Positions 12,420 to 25,781 are shown, counted from the first letter of the stretch. The stretch is 64,000 nucleotides of DNA from Lytechinus pictus (GCF_037042905.1 NC_087252.1:26910001-26974000); one strand, 5' to 3'. Notes: generated from the sequence alone by a model not told the origin. A program made the numbers and translations.

Positions 12420-14200
12420 AAGATTCTCAGATTCTGTTTTCTTATGTCACAGTTATATCATTTTGTATCTACGTGTTTTATTGGTAGTAGACACATACAT
12501 TTTATATTTCACTGTTATGTTAAGTTTGATTTTTGTCTCACCTGCATAGCAGAGTGAGACTATAGGCGCCGCTTTTCCGACGGCGGCGGCGACGGCGGCG
12601 ACGGCGTCAACACCAAATCTTAACCTGAGGTTAAGTTTTTGAAATGACAGCATAACTTAGAAAGTATATGGACCTAGTTCATGAAACTTGGCCATAAGGT
12701 TAATCAAGTATTACTGAACATCCTGCCTGAGTTTCATGTCACATGACCAAGGTCAAAGGTCATTTAGGGTCAATGAACTTAGACCATGTTGGGGGAATCA
12801 ACATCAAAATCTTAACCTAAGGTTAAGTTTTTGAAATGTCATCATAACTTAGAAAATATATGGACCTAGTTCATGAAACTTATACATAAGGTTAATCAAG
12901 TATCACTGAACATCCTGCATGAGTTTCACGTCACATGACCAAGGTCAAAGGTCATTTAGGGTCAATGAACTTTGGCCGAATTGGGGGTATCTGTTGAATT
13001 ACCATCATAACTTTGAAAGTTTATGGATCTGATTCATGAAACTTGGACATAATAGTAATCAAGTATTACTGAACATCCTGTGCAAGTTTCAGGTCACATG
13101 ATCAAGGTCAAAGGTCATTTAGGGTCAATGAACTTTGGCCAAATTGGGGTATTTGTTGAATTACAGCCATAAATTTGAAAGTGTGTTGGTCTAGTTCATA
13201 AAACTTGGACATAATAGTAATCAAGTATCACTGAACATCCTGTGCGAGTTTCAGGTCACATGATCAAGGTCAAAGGTCATGTAAGGTCAAAGAACTTTGG
13301 CCACGTTGGGGGTATTTGTTGAATTGCCATCATATCTCTATAAGTGTATTGGTCTAGTTCATAAAACGTGGAAATAAGAGTAACCAAGTATCACTGAACA
13401 TCTTGTGCGAGTTATAGTAGTTTTCAAAATCAGCACTGCTGCTATATTGAATCGCGTGATGCAGGTGAGACGGCCAGAGGCATTCCACTTGTTCTCTTTA
13501 AGCAAAAAAGCATTCTGTTATAATACCCAACTCGTGCAGAGGGTCACTTATTACGAAAAGGTCAATCTATGATCATGGACCTATTACCCATTATTGTAAT
13601 AGGTCCATGCTATGCATGCTATGATGAAGTAAACTTTTTAGCACCTATTTTCATTTATAAAAGAAATTTAGTCCACCATCAATCAATTGATTGGGCAACA
13701 ACTTCTGTGGATACCTCTATTATAACAATGACATTGACACCTTCCCTGGACATGAAGCCCTACCCATGTATATTATCTACCGTGCAGTAGGCCTGAATCA
13801 GTTTATAATCTGACATCACCTGTGGTGAGTCAATGTATAAAATTAATGTCTGTGGAATTGTTGTCACTGGTATCCAAAGTTCAAGCACCAGCTGAAGTTG
13901 GGTGTTTGGAGCAAACTTTTATAAAATATTTCGATATGCAAATTTCGATCATGAAGTCCTGTACATGTAGCCTACTTGAGGAGGGGACTTTGTGAAGTTA
14001 TTTTGTGAACTCGAAATGTCCAATGGGGCAAATGAGGCCACTCAGATTATTCAAACTCTTTGGTTACATCTGTTCAAACTTTAAAAGGCAGTGTAGACAT
14101 CACCACACTTGATTATATACATGTGTTGTTCACTACCAATAAAACACATAGATTTATAATGATATAACTGTGACATAAGAAAACAGAATCTGAGAATCTT
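12420..14200. mobile_element. Element with ~80-bp inverted ends, interrupted by a Helentron-type insertion
   Basis: AAGATTCTCAGATTCTGTTTTCTTATGTCACAGTTATATCATT (12420-12462) is inverted at 14158-14200, and similarity extends ~40 bp further inward; no clear TSD. Confidence 0.75.
12531..13493 (+). mobile_element. Non-autonomous Helentron-associated (HINE/pearl/Tsp-type) element with central ~162-bp tandem repeats
   Basis: Sub-TIR GTCTCACCTGCA 12535-12546 inverted at 13460-13471; 5' hairpin GTCTCAC...GTGAGAC; (GGC/GAC)n microsatellite 12578-12607; repeats carrying AAGGTCAAAGGTCA at 12749, 12941, 13104, 13266; T-rich insertion site; ends CTTGTT. Confidence 0.85.
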
Positions 14201-14879
14201 TTTTTCCCCCATAATTTTGGATAGGATTAACGATTTAATCCTAAAATGGGGGTGTTTTGGTAAATTACTTAATCAAATGTTAATAATTTGGTTGTTACCA
14301 GTAAAATGTTACCAGTAAATTGTATCAACCGACTGAACTATAGTGTTACTTCGAATACAGCAACACAAAATATGTCTTAATCAGGCGGCCTCGAAGGCAA
14401 AGACAAATCAACAATGTATTTATCTATGTTGGAAGGTTAGGCAAATATAAATACAAAATACCCAAGCAGACATCTGTGATTCTGTGTCTTACTTAATATC
14501 CCTAGGTAGCTTTTATTTCTTAATTTCTTTTCATTGACTGCAATAAATTAAGTCCAGTTTCTCTCTTGAAATACAATTCTAGAGGGAGAACGAATTTGTT
14601 CTACAACAAAATTAATTAAAGTGCTCCTCTTTTCCCCAGTGACTTTCTAGAGCTAGCCAGAACTCGGATGTTACGATGATGTCACACTAATGAAATTGAC
14701 TTCTTCAGATACTAATACAGGCCTACAGTATGCTATTTCAATTGACAGACAGATCATCAGTTGGTTTCGGGTTGGAGCGAGTGGGTTCTCTTGATGTGAC
14801 AGTATATACTTACATGTAGGGTGTGTTCAATGTCATTTTCCAAATTTAAACGACAACATGAATCATGATTGAAAAATTA

Positions 14880-15190
14880 TGAGAATTTTCGCGGGGATTT
14901 TTCTAAGGTCGCAGGTATTTCGGCAGTGTGAAAGCAAATTACAGGAACTTTAAGCCCTATGTGTAGTTGGGCGCAGAGGCCGTGGGTGGCTGCTGAGCTA
15001 GCGATTTTGAATCTCGCGCCTCGCTTCCTTATCAGACCATACTGCGCATGCTTGTAACTTCAGGAGCTTATCTCGAAGGGTGTGATTCGGGGTGATGTAA
15101 ATGAGGAAATAATTAACAGGTAATTTTTAGCCTGAAAAAGTTTGGTAATTTACGGGGATTCTTGTGATCGATGCGGTTTGAAACGACTTC
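14880..15190 (-). mobile_element. Truncated, inverted copy of the 21801/57017 MITE family
   Basis: Reverse complement aligns to 21801-22115 (e.g. GACCATACTGCGCATGC, GGGGATTCTTGTGATCGA). Confidence 0.8.
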
Positions 15191-15433
15191 ATGAGACCTT
15201 TCTTAAACCAGCACCATGGTTTGCTGAGCTGTGGCACGCCTGCAGATCACAGTGCGCCAGCTTATAAGTTTGAGAACTTTTTCCCGGAAAACTGCTTTCG
15301 GTTAGTAGGAATGTTGAAAATAATATTCAGGAATTTTTAGACCTGAGCATGATCTTGGGATATTTCTAGACTTGAGCAAATTTTGTAAATGTATAGGTCA
15401 TCAAATCAGTCTGAGTACTCCAAGTGGCATTAA

Positions 15434-15868
15434 AGGGTAAGTTCACCCTGACAAAAAGTTTATTGTAAAGATAGCAGAAACAATAATAAAAATATTGTCC
15501 ATCATTGGACATCATTAGAATTTAAATCTTGAGTTGTGACGTTATATGCAAGCAGCATTCCTACATGTACATGGTAAAAAATCAATGAAATGTCATTTTC
15601 TCAGAAATTTGAAATTTATTTTTTATTGTACCATCAGTGCAGTATATCAATAGACAAATCATTTCACACTACCCGTTCCTGAAAAGAAAACAAAGATAAG
15701 TCATCAGAAACCATTAAAAATGTGAAATTTATATTACATAACCTATGGGGCAGCTGCTCGTTTATGACATCACAAATGATGGATTTTCCTCAAACCTTTC
15801 ACCAATATATTTTATTGGGTTTTTTGGCTATTTTTACAACAAACTTTTCTTCAGGGTAAACTTCCCCT
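15434..15868. mobile_element. TTAA-flanked Kolobok-like MITE (family A, copy 1)
   Basis: TTAA|AGGGTAAGTTCACCCTGA ... TCAGGGTAAACTTCCCCT|TTAG; paralog 335 bp downstream. Confidence 0.85.
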
Positions 15869-16202
15869 TTAGTTTAAGAGGAAGTAATGAAGCTATTCAA
15901 TTATTTTATTCACGCCTCTGTGTAATGACCCTTAATTAATTGGACAAGTGTCCTCATTAGTCTACTCTCACAGGCCCCTTCAAGGATTCTCTGAAAGTGT
16001 ATAACCTTGCAGTGGGTGGGAAGGAAGTTCTTGCTATAAAGTAAGCGGGGCAAATAAATTTGAAACTTCCGATTACATTTTAAGTTCCATTCTTTATTCT
16101 AATTAAGCATTTTACTGGGATTTCAAGACAAAGGGCTAATTTCCTTTTCAGATTAAGAACATCAGCAAGCTGATGATTATGATTTAAACTGAACTTTATT
16201 AA

Positions 16203-16720
16203 AGGGTTTGTTCACCCTGACAAAAAGTTTATTGTAAAAATAGCAGTAAAAGTAATAAAAAATATTGATGAAGATTTGAAATAAATCCATCAAAAGAATC
16301 CATCAAAGAATAAAAAAGTTATTAGAATTCTAATTATTTGATTTGTGACGTCATATGCGAGCAGCATTCCTACATAGCGAAATTCAATGAAATGTCATTT
16401 TCTCAGAAAATTGAAAATGGTTTTTACTGTACCTTTTGTATATCAATAGACAATAGCTCCATGAATAGACCAATCATTTCACACCCATTCCTAAAAAGAA
16501 AAGAAATATAAGTCATCAGGAACCATTAAAAAATGAAATTCATACATTTATATTACATAACATATGGGGCAGCTGCTCGTTTATGACGTCACAACTCCAA
16601 AACTTAAAATTCTAATAACTTTCTTAATCTTTAATTGATTTTAATCAAACCTTCACCAATATTTAAAAAAAAAATTATCCTATTTTTACAACAAACTTTT
16701 CTTCTGGGTGAACTTCCCTT
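16203..16720. mobile_element. TTAA-flanked Kolobok-like MITE (family A, copy 2)
   Basis: TTAA|AGGGTTTGTTCACCCTGA ... GGGTGAACTTCCCTT|TTAA; long imperfect TIRs with subterminal TGACGTCA. Confidence 0.88.
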
Positions 16721-17343
16721 TTAAAACTGTGGTGTTAAAACTTCCACCCACCAGTCAAGTTACTAAAGGTCTGCACCCTCCGGTGTTAACACTACACTCT
16801 GGTGTTTGAAAAAAATAACACCAAACCCATTTAACAAATAAATGTATTGAATGATAACACAATTGGGTGTTGAATTAACACTAAAGAATGAATAATTAGT
16901 GTGTAAAATCCTGGATGTCCATGGACATGTAGTCCTCTGTGTGTGATGGTGTAGTTTAAACGCTTGGTGTCTGCGTTGTGTATCAGGTTTCACAGTGTGG
17001 TAGACATAGGAAGGGATGTAACCCAAGGTATCACCATGCAGCTGATTAGATGATAACAAATGGACTCATTAGGCTGACATCTCCAAGATAAAGCCTTGCA
17101 CTTCAACTTACATTCCATACATAAGTCCTGCCTGTCTCTCTTACTGGTATTGCATACTCCTCCATTCTCACTGCCTGAATTCATTGTATTGCTCATTCAC
17201 ACTACTGAAATTCATTGTATTGCAGTGCAAGAGTAATTTGTGTACATGTATTGTGAATATAACTCAATATTTCTACTAAAGAATGTTAGTTTTGCACCGA
17301 AGGCTATCTCTTATCTGATACTCTCAATCTTATTCATCTGTGA

Positions 17344-17794
17344 TAGACCAGTTCGTAGTTACTTCATGGGCAATTTTGGTCAAATGACCTTTCATTTCTT
17401 TCATTATGATAGGCAGATTTCAAAGCAAGATATTACGTAAGCTTGCCTTACATAGCAGGATGAAGAAATTGAATAGACCAGGTGACTAGAATAGCACACC
17501 AATGAACACTTTATGAAGGTATTTGTTGCATTCCTACTTTGAATGCATATCATAGCATGTTGCACAATGTACTTGGCAAACTGTGAAATACCAGTGTTCG
17601 TGGACGCATTGTTGTTTTTTGTGGATGTAAATGAAAACCACAATTCAAAAGAATATACGAATAATCAAGACATCAAAGTTGGTGCTTATCACATTAGATT
17701 TTAAACCACCATGTCACTTTAGTACAAACGACCTTCCTCTGATCATGCGTAGAATCTTTTGATCATGCACAGAAAGGAACTACGAACTGGCTTA
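17344..17794 (+). mobile_element. ~450-bp MITE, TIR core CCAGTTCGTAGTT (copy 1)
   Basis: TAGACCAGTTCGTAGTT ... AACTACGAACTGGCTTA; near-identical inverted copy at 20051-20500. Confidence 0.9.
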
Positions 17795-17810
17795 TTTATT
17801 TGTTCAAATA

Positions 17811-18022
17811 GTTCCATGACATTTGCTCCGCTCGAAATTCCACTCACTAATGAAATGGCTGATTTCAACCCTGTGTTTAACACTATGCCCTATCCTTACT
17901 ATCCTTAACCTAACCCTAAACCTATCATAAAGCCCTATTGGAACCCCAACCCAACCCTAACCCTACATCTTTGACGAAATTAAACCCAGAGCAATTGTCG
18001 CAGGAGCAAATGTCTTGTCACC
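17811..18022. mobile_element. Small TIR element with internal (TAACCC)-like repeats
   Basis: GACATTTGCTCC ... GGAGCAAATGTC inverted ends; related inverted copy at 38340-38743. Confidence 0.7.
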
Positions 18023-18563
18023 GATCAAATATGTATGTACTTTTTTCTTATTTTCATTTCCAGAGTACTGTATCACAAAGCTTAGCGATCGATTGTAGGA
18101 TTGATTTTTGCAATTGATTGTACACTGTGTTCAATGCCGCAATCACTCGTAAACAAATGTTCTACGATTGTTTCTAGCTGTTGTGTAATGTGCCCCAGAT
18201 GAATTTGTGATTATTTTTTCTTTCTGTCTTGTCTAGAAGAAATACCAAACTATGTCTGATACTGTTCTTGCCATTATAAATCTTTTGAGATATTGATATG
18301 AAACGGTGTCATAAAATCTGTTTCAGATTTCAATATTGCTTGATTTATTAAAATTATGATAGAACTTTGCTTTAATGAAACATCATACCAGCTATTTAAA
18401 AATCCATTATGAAAGAGAAAGACACGGAAGTCTTTGACGTCATATGGAGACACAATTCCTTGATTGCTACTGCTGAAACCTTTTTAAATAGAGTATCATG
18501 ATTCAGACTTGTTCTTTTCCTTTTTATTTTGTGCAGTTCAGCTTGAATCTGAATAGAAATTCA

Positions 18564-18936
18564 CATGTGGTGCTAAAAAGTTAGTGAACCCCACCAGAAA
18601 AAGAACATGTTTCAAGTGTTCAAGTTCTCCCATCTTTTAGATATTGAATTGTGTAGTCAGGTGATAGAATATTACATTCAAGAAAGTTTGTTTCTCTGGG
18701 TTCGCCAAACATTGTACAGTAGTTCTCCATTCAACACTCGGCATGAAGGAGTGCATTTTCTGGTGGGGTTCACTACAACCTCGGTCACATTTGCTCTACG
18801 GCGAGTCAAAACAACCGTTTTATTCATTTTTATTCAAACCACCTATGTGTAGCTGGTACGAAAACGGCTATTTTCGACTCGCCGTACGACCGCCGTAGAG
18901 CAAATGTAACCGAGGTATAGCTTTTTAGCACCACTG
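18564..18936. mobile_element. Tc1/mariner-like MITE with a nested 141-bp MITE in its right TIR
   Basis: GTGGTGCTAAAAAGTTAGTGAACCCCACCAGAAA vs TTTCTGGTGGGGTTCACTA[insert]GCTTTTTAGCACCACTG|TA; insert 18777-18917 has TIR ACCTCGGT(C/T)ACATTTGCTCTACGGCG. Confidence 0.82.
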
Positions 18937-19084
18937 TACCCTATATTCAGGGAAAGTCTCTTGTGTGGAAGCAACTTAATATTACATCCTACATGTACAT
19001 GTAGGTGCTAAATTCAGATGAGGAGAAATTCTTCAGTAACAAATGTACTGAAATAACTTTGAATTAATGATGCATTAAGAATAC

Positions 19085-19440
19085 TTGTTCAAAAACTATA
19101 AATCTCTGTCAACCACACTACATACACCTTCTTACATTTCTTCATTATTTCAGCAACAAAGATCTACATACTCTCTTCGTTCTGCAGCTGCTCCTTCCTA
19201 TGTCATTCCAAAATCCAGAAAACAGGCCGGTTTCAACTCCTTTCAATCTCTTGCCCCCCGTCTTTGGAATAAACTCCCTCCATCTCTTCGAAACCTCTCT
19301 TCTCTTGACCTCTTCATTCAAAAAACATCTCAAAAGACACTTATATTATAACCATAAACCTTAACTTGTCTTATGCATCAACAGCGCTTTGTATCCTCTG
19401 GAAAAAGCGCTATATAAATCCAATTATTATTATTATCATT
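19085..19440 (+). mobile_element. 3' fragment of an L2/CR1-group LINE
   Basis: Translation PSYIS..YSLRS..G.NSFQSLAPRLWNKLP.SLR is typical of the L2 ORF2 C-terminus; 3' AGCGCT..AGCGCTATATAAAT and (ATT)n tail. Confidence 0.85.
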
Positions 19441-20050
19441 AGGCATAGTAGGATATATCGATCAGGACTGAATAGGATACTCAACAGTAGAATAGCACAC
19501 TAATACTTTGTTGTATTACACTCCCTGTCATGACTGAAAAAAGGTGCAATTATTCACAAGAAAGGAGAGTGTTCTTTTCAAATCATTAATTTCTCGATCT
19601 TTGTGGGGGACGCTATTTTTTGGGGAACCTATATTAACATATTTGTTTTTGTTTCGTTTTTCTTTCTTATTCCCTATGTTTGCTGTCTGGGCATTCATCT
19701 CACCCAACCACACATATTTGCTGATTTTGGTCCATCGTAAATTACAGGTATGTATTTTATGTGAGTTCTTTTAATAGTCATTCCAATTTGTTGATTATTT
19801 TGGACCAAATTAAAAAAGAAAATTCTGGTCAAAACAACTTCATGTGTGGAGAGGTACATGTAAAATTTCTTTGATGAACCGAAACTGAAAGGAAACTGAT
19901 GATAAAGTGTTTTTGCAACATAGTAGGTCTACTTGCCAGGAGATTGTTTTATAAGAATGATTTTATTTTCTTTAATTCCAAGTTACTATTTGTTTTAAAT
20001 CTAAATAATGGGAGGTGCACTAGGACTAGGCATAGGTCCTATAAAATATT

Positions 20051-20500
20051 AAAGCCAGTTCGTAGTTCCTTTCTGCGCATGATCAAAAGATTCTGCGCAT
20101 GATCAGAGGAAGGTCATTGGTACTAAAGTGACATGGTGGTTTAAAATTTAATGAGATAAGCACCAACTTTGATGTCTTGATTATTCATATATTCTTTTGA
20201 ATTGTGTTTTTCATTTACATCCACAAAAAACAACAATGCGTCCACGAACGACTGGTATTTCACAGTTTGCCATGTACATTGTGCAACACCTAAATGTGCA
20301 TTCAAAGTAGAAATGCAACAAATACCTTCATAAAGTGTTTATTGAAGTGCTATTCTAGTCACCTGGTCTATTCAATTTCTTCATCCTGCTATGTAAGGCA
20401 TGCTTACGTAATATCTTGCTTTGAAATCTGCCTATCATAATGAAAGAAATTAAAGGTCATTTTACCAAAATTGTCCATGCAGTAACTACGAACTGGTCTA
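20051..20500 (-). mobile_element. Inverted copy of the 17344 MITE
   Basis: Reverse complement matches 17344-17794 over its full length. Confidence 0.9.
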
Positions 20501-20505
20501 TTGTA

Positions 20506-20944
20506 TAAGCCAGTTCACGGTTAGCTCATGATCAACTTTTCTCAAATGACCTTTGTGATTTTTCATCAGGATGAGCACTATCATTTTCAAATGTAGATGT
20601 TGCGTAAGCTTTACCATAGAGTATTCAAATTCTAAGAACAAAAGGCATTGTATAGACCAGGTGACTAGAATAGTACATCAGGGATAAAGTTTGGAAATCT
20701 GTTTTATTGTCTGCCTTTGGCACATTTGACTATTGTCTAGGCTACTGTCAAATACCAGTGATTATGAAGGCTCTATTTATTACTCTTCAGCTTGGACGTG
20801 ATAAAATGAATATTTTGAAAGGAATACATGAATAATCATCAAATCACAAATTTTCTATGTCAGTGAATTTGAAAGCCACCTTCATGGTTTATCTCAAATG
20901 ACCTTTTTCTGCTCATGCGCAGTTTACAATCGTGAACAGGCTTA
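20506..20944. mobile_element. Diverged relative of the 17344 MITE family
   Basis: TAAGCCAGTTCACG ... CGTGAACAGGCTTA; TTGTA on both sides; shares TAGACCAGGTGACTAGAATAG with 17344 family. Confidence 0.78.
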
Positions 20945-21800
20945 TTGTAACATTCTACCTCCATGATTTAAGGGTGCTCAAAATAGTCGTGGTAGGGGTA
21001 AAAAGAGAAAGATGAGGAAAAGGTGGGAATAGAAAACTATTAATGAAATCATGTACAAAGATGACAGTGATGGAAACTTAATAAAGAAATGATAAAGTGA
21101 GTGAGAAAGAAGTTTCAAAATTTCATAAAAGGAATGAAGTATGAATAATAGTAAGTTGGTGGATATTCTTAGTGGATAACGAATTACAAGGTCATCAACA
21201 GTTGTCATGAAAATAATGCCCACTAATTAGAAGTCTCTAGGCACTAGGGGCTCTACAACACTCCTGCCTAATTAATGACTGTGTCTTCAGTAGAGCATCT
21301 GTTAGTCCCCCTTTGTATCAAGGAAACTTAAGTTCTGCCAGGGAATAGGGGATGGGGTTGAAATGATATTAAAAGAAAAAAAATCACAAGGAGGGGGGTG
21401 GGTAGAGTTGAGTTGGTAGATATTCAGTATGATTATTAGGTAACTTCCATGATAACGGTACTCGGCAGCCAATCAAATCAAGGTATCCTGGTGTTGACCA
21501 TAATGGGAATGTTATTGTGCAGGAATAATCGTTATTTTTTTGTGAAACAGGGCCTTGAGCAACATCACGCTGCTAGAAATCTGACAAAGAAACGGCTACA
21601 TGTAGTGAAACAGAACATTGGAGGATGGAGGGCGGGGGATGGGGGGGGGGGGGGGGAGGGGGAAGAGACGAAGCGAGCTGCACAGATGGAGATGACACCA
21701 GTCGTTAAATGGTATAATAGGCCCCCTGTCTTGCAGGAAATGATAGCCTGCTGTTCCATACATTATTTACTGTGATGGATGGGATGAGTCGATCCCAATA

Positions 21801-22276
21801 GGTGGTTTCAAACCGCCTCGATCACAAGAATCCCCGTTAAATTACAAGAACTATTTTAGGCTGAAAAATACCCATTAATTATTCCTGCATTCACACCGCC
21901 CTGAAACATATCCTTCGGGATAAGTTCCTGAAGTTACGAGCATGCGCAGTATGGTCTGATAAGCAGCAAGGCGCGAAATTCAAAATCACTAGCCCAGCAG
22001 CAACCCATGCACGGCGCCGCACCCAACGACACGCTGGGCTAAAAGTTCCCGTAATTTGCTTTCAGACCGCCAAAATACCCACGACCTTGGAAAAATCCCC
22101 GCGAAAGTTCTCGTAATTTCGCCAAGTACCTACTATTTATCGGGTATTTTCTTTCGGGGATATTACGCGTAGTTTGCTTTCACACCGCCAAAATACCTGG
22201 TATTTTCTGATCGGGGTAAATTTCCCGATCAGAGAATACCTGGAACTGGCGAACTTCGAGGCGGTCTGAAACCACC
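21801..22276 (+). mobile_element. ~475-bp MITE with GG..CC termini flanked by TA (copy 1)
   Basis: TA|GGTGGTTTCAAACCGCCTCGA ... TCGAGGCGGTCTGAAACCACC|TA; highly similar copy at 57017-57490. Confidence 0.92.
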
Positions 22277-23032
22277 TAATGAAGATGTTTTATGTCTAGA
22301 TATAGTCTTTGATCTGATGAACCAGACTTCTTACAACAACAGCTGGTCTTGTTGTACATGTAGGCCTACTACTACTAGGGCTAGTGGGAATGTTTCACAA
22401 ATGCATCTTGTTATTGATTTCCATTGGCAATATTGTTCTCAGCCAGTAAGCTGAAAGGATTTTAGTAGCTTATGACAGTCACCGATATCATTGCAAATGA
22501 GCTTCCTGAAGATTGAATTTGCCCTAGAGTTCTAATCAAAATTACAATATGGAACTAGCATTGAATCTCAACAGATTGCTAATAAAGCAATGTATACGTT
22601 TTTACCATCAATTGATTTATACAATTTAGGGCTGGCTTTGAGCTTGCTTTTTAAACGGAGCAAGGGCAGTGGAATGGTTTTTGAAAATGGGAAGGGGGGG
22701 TGGGGGGCTGACCATGAAAGCATCATAGTGTCATTATTACGTTTTTGTAAACATAAAAAAAAGCAGGGGGGGACTACCCCCCCCCCTTCAGTTCTGTAGC
22801 CCCTGCAGAGATGGGACACTGGGTTTGCCTAATCTAGCAATAGGCCATGTCCTCTGTGAAGTAGGGCCTATTCATGAATCATGGGATGTTTTTTTTCTAA
22901 GCTTTTCTATTTCAGCCCCAAACAAGGCTTCTGATACTAGTTCATTGTTTTATTCACAATTGCATCCTTTCTCATTTTCACTTTATGGCCTACCCGACAA
23001 TTGTAAAGGTAAAAATAATAATGAGGGTTTAA

Positions 23033-23428
23033 AGGTAAATTCCAGTTTTGGTAACGATCTCAAAATGACTTTTTACAGAATCTAATATAATGACCACCCA
23101 AGTGTCTGTTTGTATGAATAAAAAATATGTGCCAAAGGGTTCTGGAAGAAATTGTGTAATTGCTGAGAAATAAGCGAAATAAGCGCGGATTCGGTCACTT
23201 CCGTCGGGTCTTTATTCCAGCAATAATAATACACTGTCCCACGTGTGCCTATCTGTGTTGTCGATCTTCAGTGTGATCGTATTTCAGCTTAGATTTTTAT
23301 GATTTCACAAAGTTCAGTTTATGTAACTGTACCAGATCTAGATCCACGATGATATAGTCATACTTAACCTTGGTCTTACAGACTTTCTCACAAAATTAGT
23401 GTTTTGCTGCAACTACTGTAATTTAGCT
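23033..23428 (+). mobile_element. TTAA-flanked Kolobok-like MITE (family B)
   Basis: TTAA|AGGTAAAT ... ATTTAGCT|TTAA; inverted copies at 33532, 53434 and 53823. Confidence 0.88.
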
Positions 23429-24624
23429 TTAAGATGGGCGTTCAAAACACAGCTCTGCCTTTCACAAAGAAAGCATAAAACCACCTTTACTCAGAATGGT
23501 AAGGTAATGATGACTTCTTGAAAATTTCCCAAGCATCCAAATAATGCTCTATCAGGATGAATAGCAGACTTTTAAAACTCTTTTGCGTAAAATTGACCAA
23601 CAATCTCCTATTAGTATTACAAATGACAAAAGGAGCTCATATTTTGAAATGATGTAGTTATTGTTTAACAGATCTATTTTGTGATAAGATATCTGTCAAT
23701 CAGATAGCTTGAGTTTTTTCATCTTTTGTGTAAAATTGCAAGAAATCTCCTATTACAAATGACCAAAGGAGCTTGTATTTTGAAATGGTGTGTAGTAAAC
23801 TTTAACAATCAGATCTATTTCCTGATAAAAGTACTGGTATTTATGGTCCAGTCCTACAATTCAGAAGAGATGACTCTTCTCTATTTTCTCTTTTGAAATC
23901 CCAGGACACTGGTACATCATCCCACATTTTATCCTCTATTGGAGCCCATAATTTGTACAAATGGGGATCGTGACCCTGCAGAAAAGCATGAATGGGTTTT
24001 ATGATAATATTGAGGGGTTCTTCTTCACCTATGGCCTCAGTCTTTGATCAAAGTCCTCTATCTTTCATTTCTATTTTCCCCTGTTCAATAGTTTAATTCA
24101 GAGGTTGTTCCGAGGGTATTAAAATTGTTCTGAGGGTATTAAAAATCTGCTTGCAGCAGATGGTTGGTCTATAAACTGGACAGTCACCCTTTAAAGTTAT
24201 GTATTGTACTTAATATATATTTCCAGTATCATATGAATGAAGAATTTAGAAGTTAAAAAATTATTATTATATTTACCCCTTGTGTGAGATTTTAAAATTA
24301 TTTATCACAATTATTTTGCAGGCACGGATCCAGGGGGGGGGGGGGGGGTGTGCAAGCACGCCCAGTGAAAACCCAAAATGCCTTCATTTTTTGTGATATT
24401 TTTTTTTTGGGGGGGAGTCTATAATGTGCCCCCTGCAGAAAAAGCATGGATTTGCACCTATTTTGGGAAACTTTCATAGCATTGTGAACATTTACCTGAG
24501 TGCAAATGGTGTAGGCCTACCTGCGGGTCAGCAGCATACTGCTGAATTTATTTTTGTTCTGATTGAGCTGAATCCATATGATATATGATTCCACTTTTAC
24601 CCTTTTACTAATCATTTTGTACAT

Positions 24625-24942
24625 AGTTCTGCGTAGTTCTCATGATAATTTGCTCCTTCACATCCCCACTCATAATACATAGATAACTTTGGGAGATCGT
24701 GCTTTTGCCTGTGCAGCCCCAAAATTATGGAATGGTTTGCCATATGTAATAAGATCCTGTCCATCAGTAGAAACGTTCAAACTTAAACTAAAAAAAATAT
24801 CTGTTCAAATAATTCCCATACATTTCTTTACCCCCTTTTCTAAATTTGTTCTCAAGCATTTCACAAGCTCTTAATTGCAGTGCAGTAGAATATATGCACA
24901 TAGTTTCTGTGCTATATAAATCAGTATATATTATATTATTAT
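24625..24942 (+). mobile_element. 3' fragment of an L2-group LINE
   Basis: LRSS...TLGDRAFACAAPKLWNGLP..IR..SVETFK.KLK motif; tail GTGCTATATAAAT followed by (ATT)n. Confidence 0.85.
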
Positions 24943-25781
24943 TTTGTATGCTAATGAACGTACATAGGTACACCTCTGCAGTCATCGTGACTCTGATGAA
25001 CCCCTTTAAACTTGGATACCAATGCAGATCTCCTGTGGTATTCAAAACAATTTCTCTTCTCCATTAGTTTCGTATCAATAGAGTTATGCGGGGCTTGTAT
25101 GTCACTGACAGGTAAACTTAAAGGTATCTATCAATTTACCTTCAAATAGGATTTCTCCCCCTTTTTCTGTTTGGGGGTATTAAAGCCTTCAATGGTATCT
25201 CTGAAATGTACTTTACAAAATGTTATTTTGTCTACTGGGAAAATAAAGAAATCGCAACAATAAATATAATTTGGGAACATGCAGACTTTTTTATTTTTGC
25301 AATTGTGCTCCAAGATATTTATCACGACAAATTTCCGATTATTATTCATGTTGGCCTGTATGTAAGCCGAATTGAAAACCCCCCACAATTTTGCTTGAAG
25401 CCCTCCCTCTCCACCACCTTTCCTAACACGAATATGAATGAAATTCTTCCCTTTAATTAAAAAAAATTATCAAGCCCCCAAATAAGGCCCAGAAAACCAG
25501 GGGCAGATCCAGGATTTCACTATGTACAAAGTGAATTTGAGTGAGACAAAAAAAGGAATCTTAATTTGTCTTCCCACAAGTACCTGGTCACCATTTACCC
25601 CCCCCCCCCCAAACATCTGACATGCAAAATGAGGAAAAAAATGTTTTCCACCCAAAATATGCAATCATATGCACCCCTATATCCTTCTACCTAATCTTTA
25701 AAATCAGTAGGCCCCTATAGTATATTTTTTTTTATAAGGGGGGGGGGGGACTTACAACTTTTTGCATGCCCATTCTACACC

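Noticed and set aside
17895..17965. Interstitial telomeric repeat (TAACCC)
   Set aside because: A few degenerate units inside a small TIR element family (also at ~38400), not a true telomeric array
19674..19747. Signal-peptide exon ending at the strong donor CAG|GTATGT
   Set aside because: Phase 0 does not match the preferred phase-1 acceptor at 62055 and the peptide is a poor signal sequence; only RNA data could rescue it
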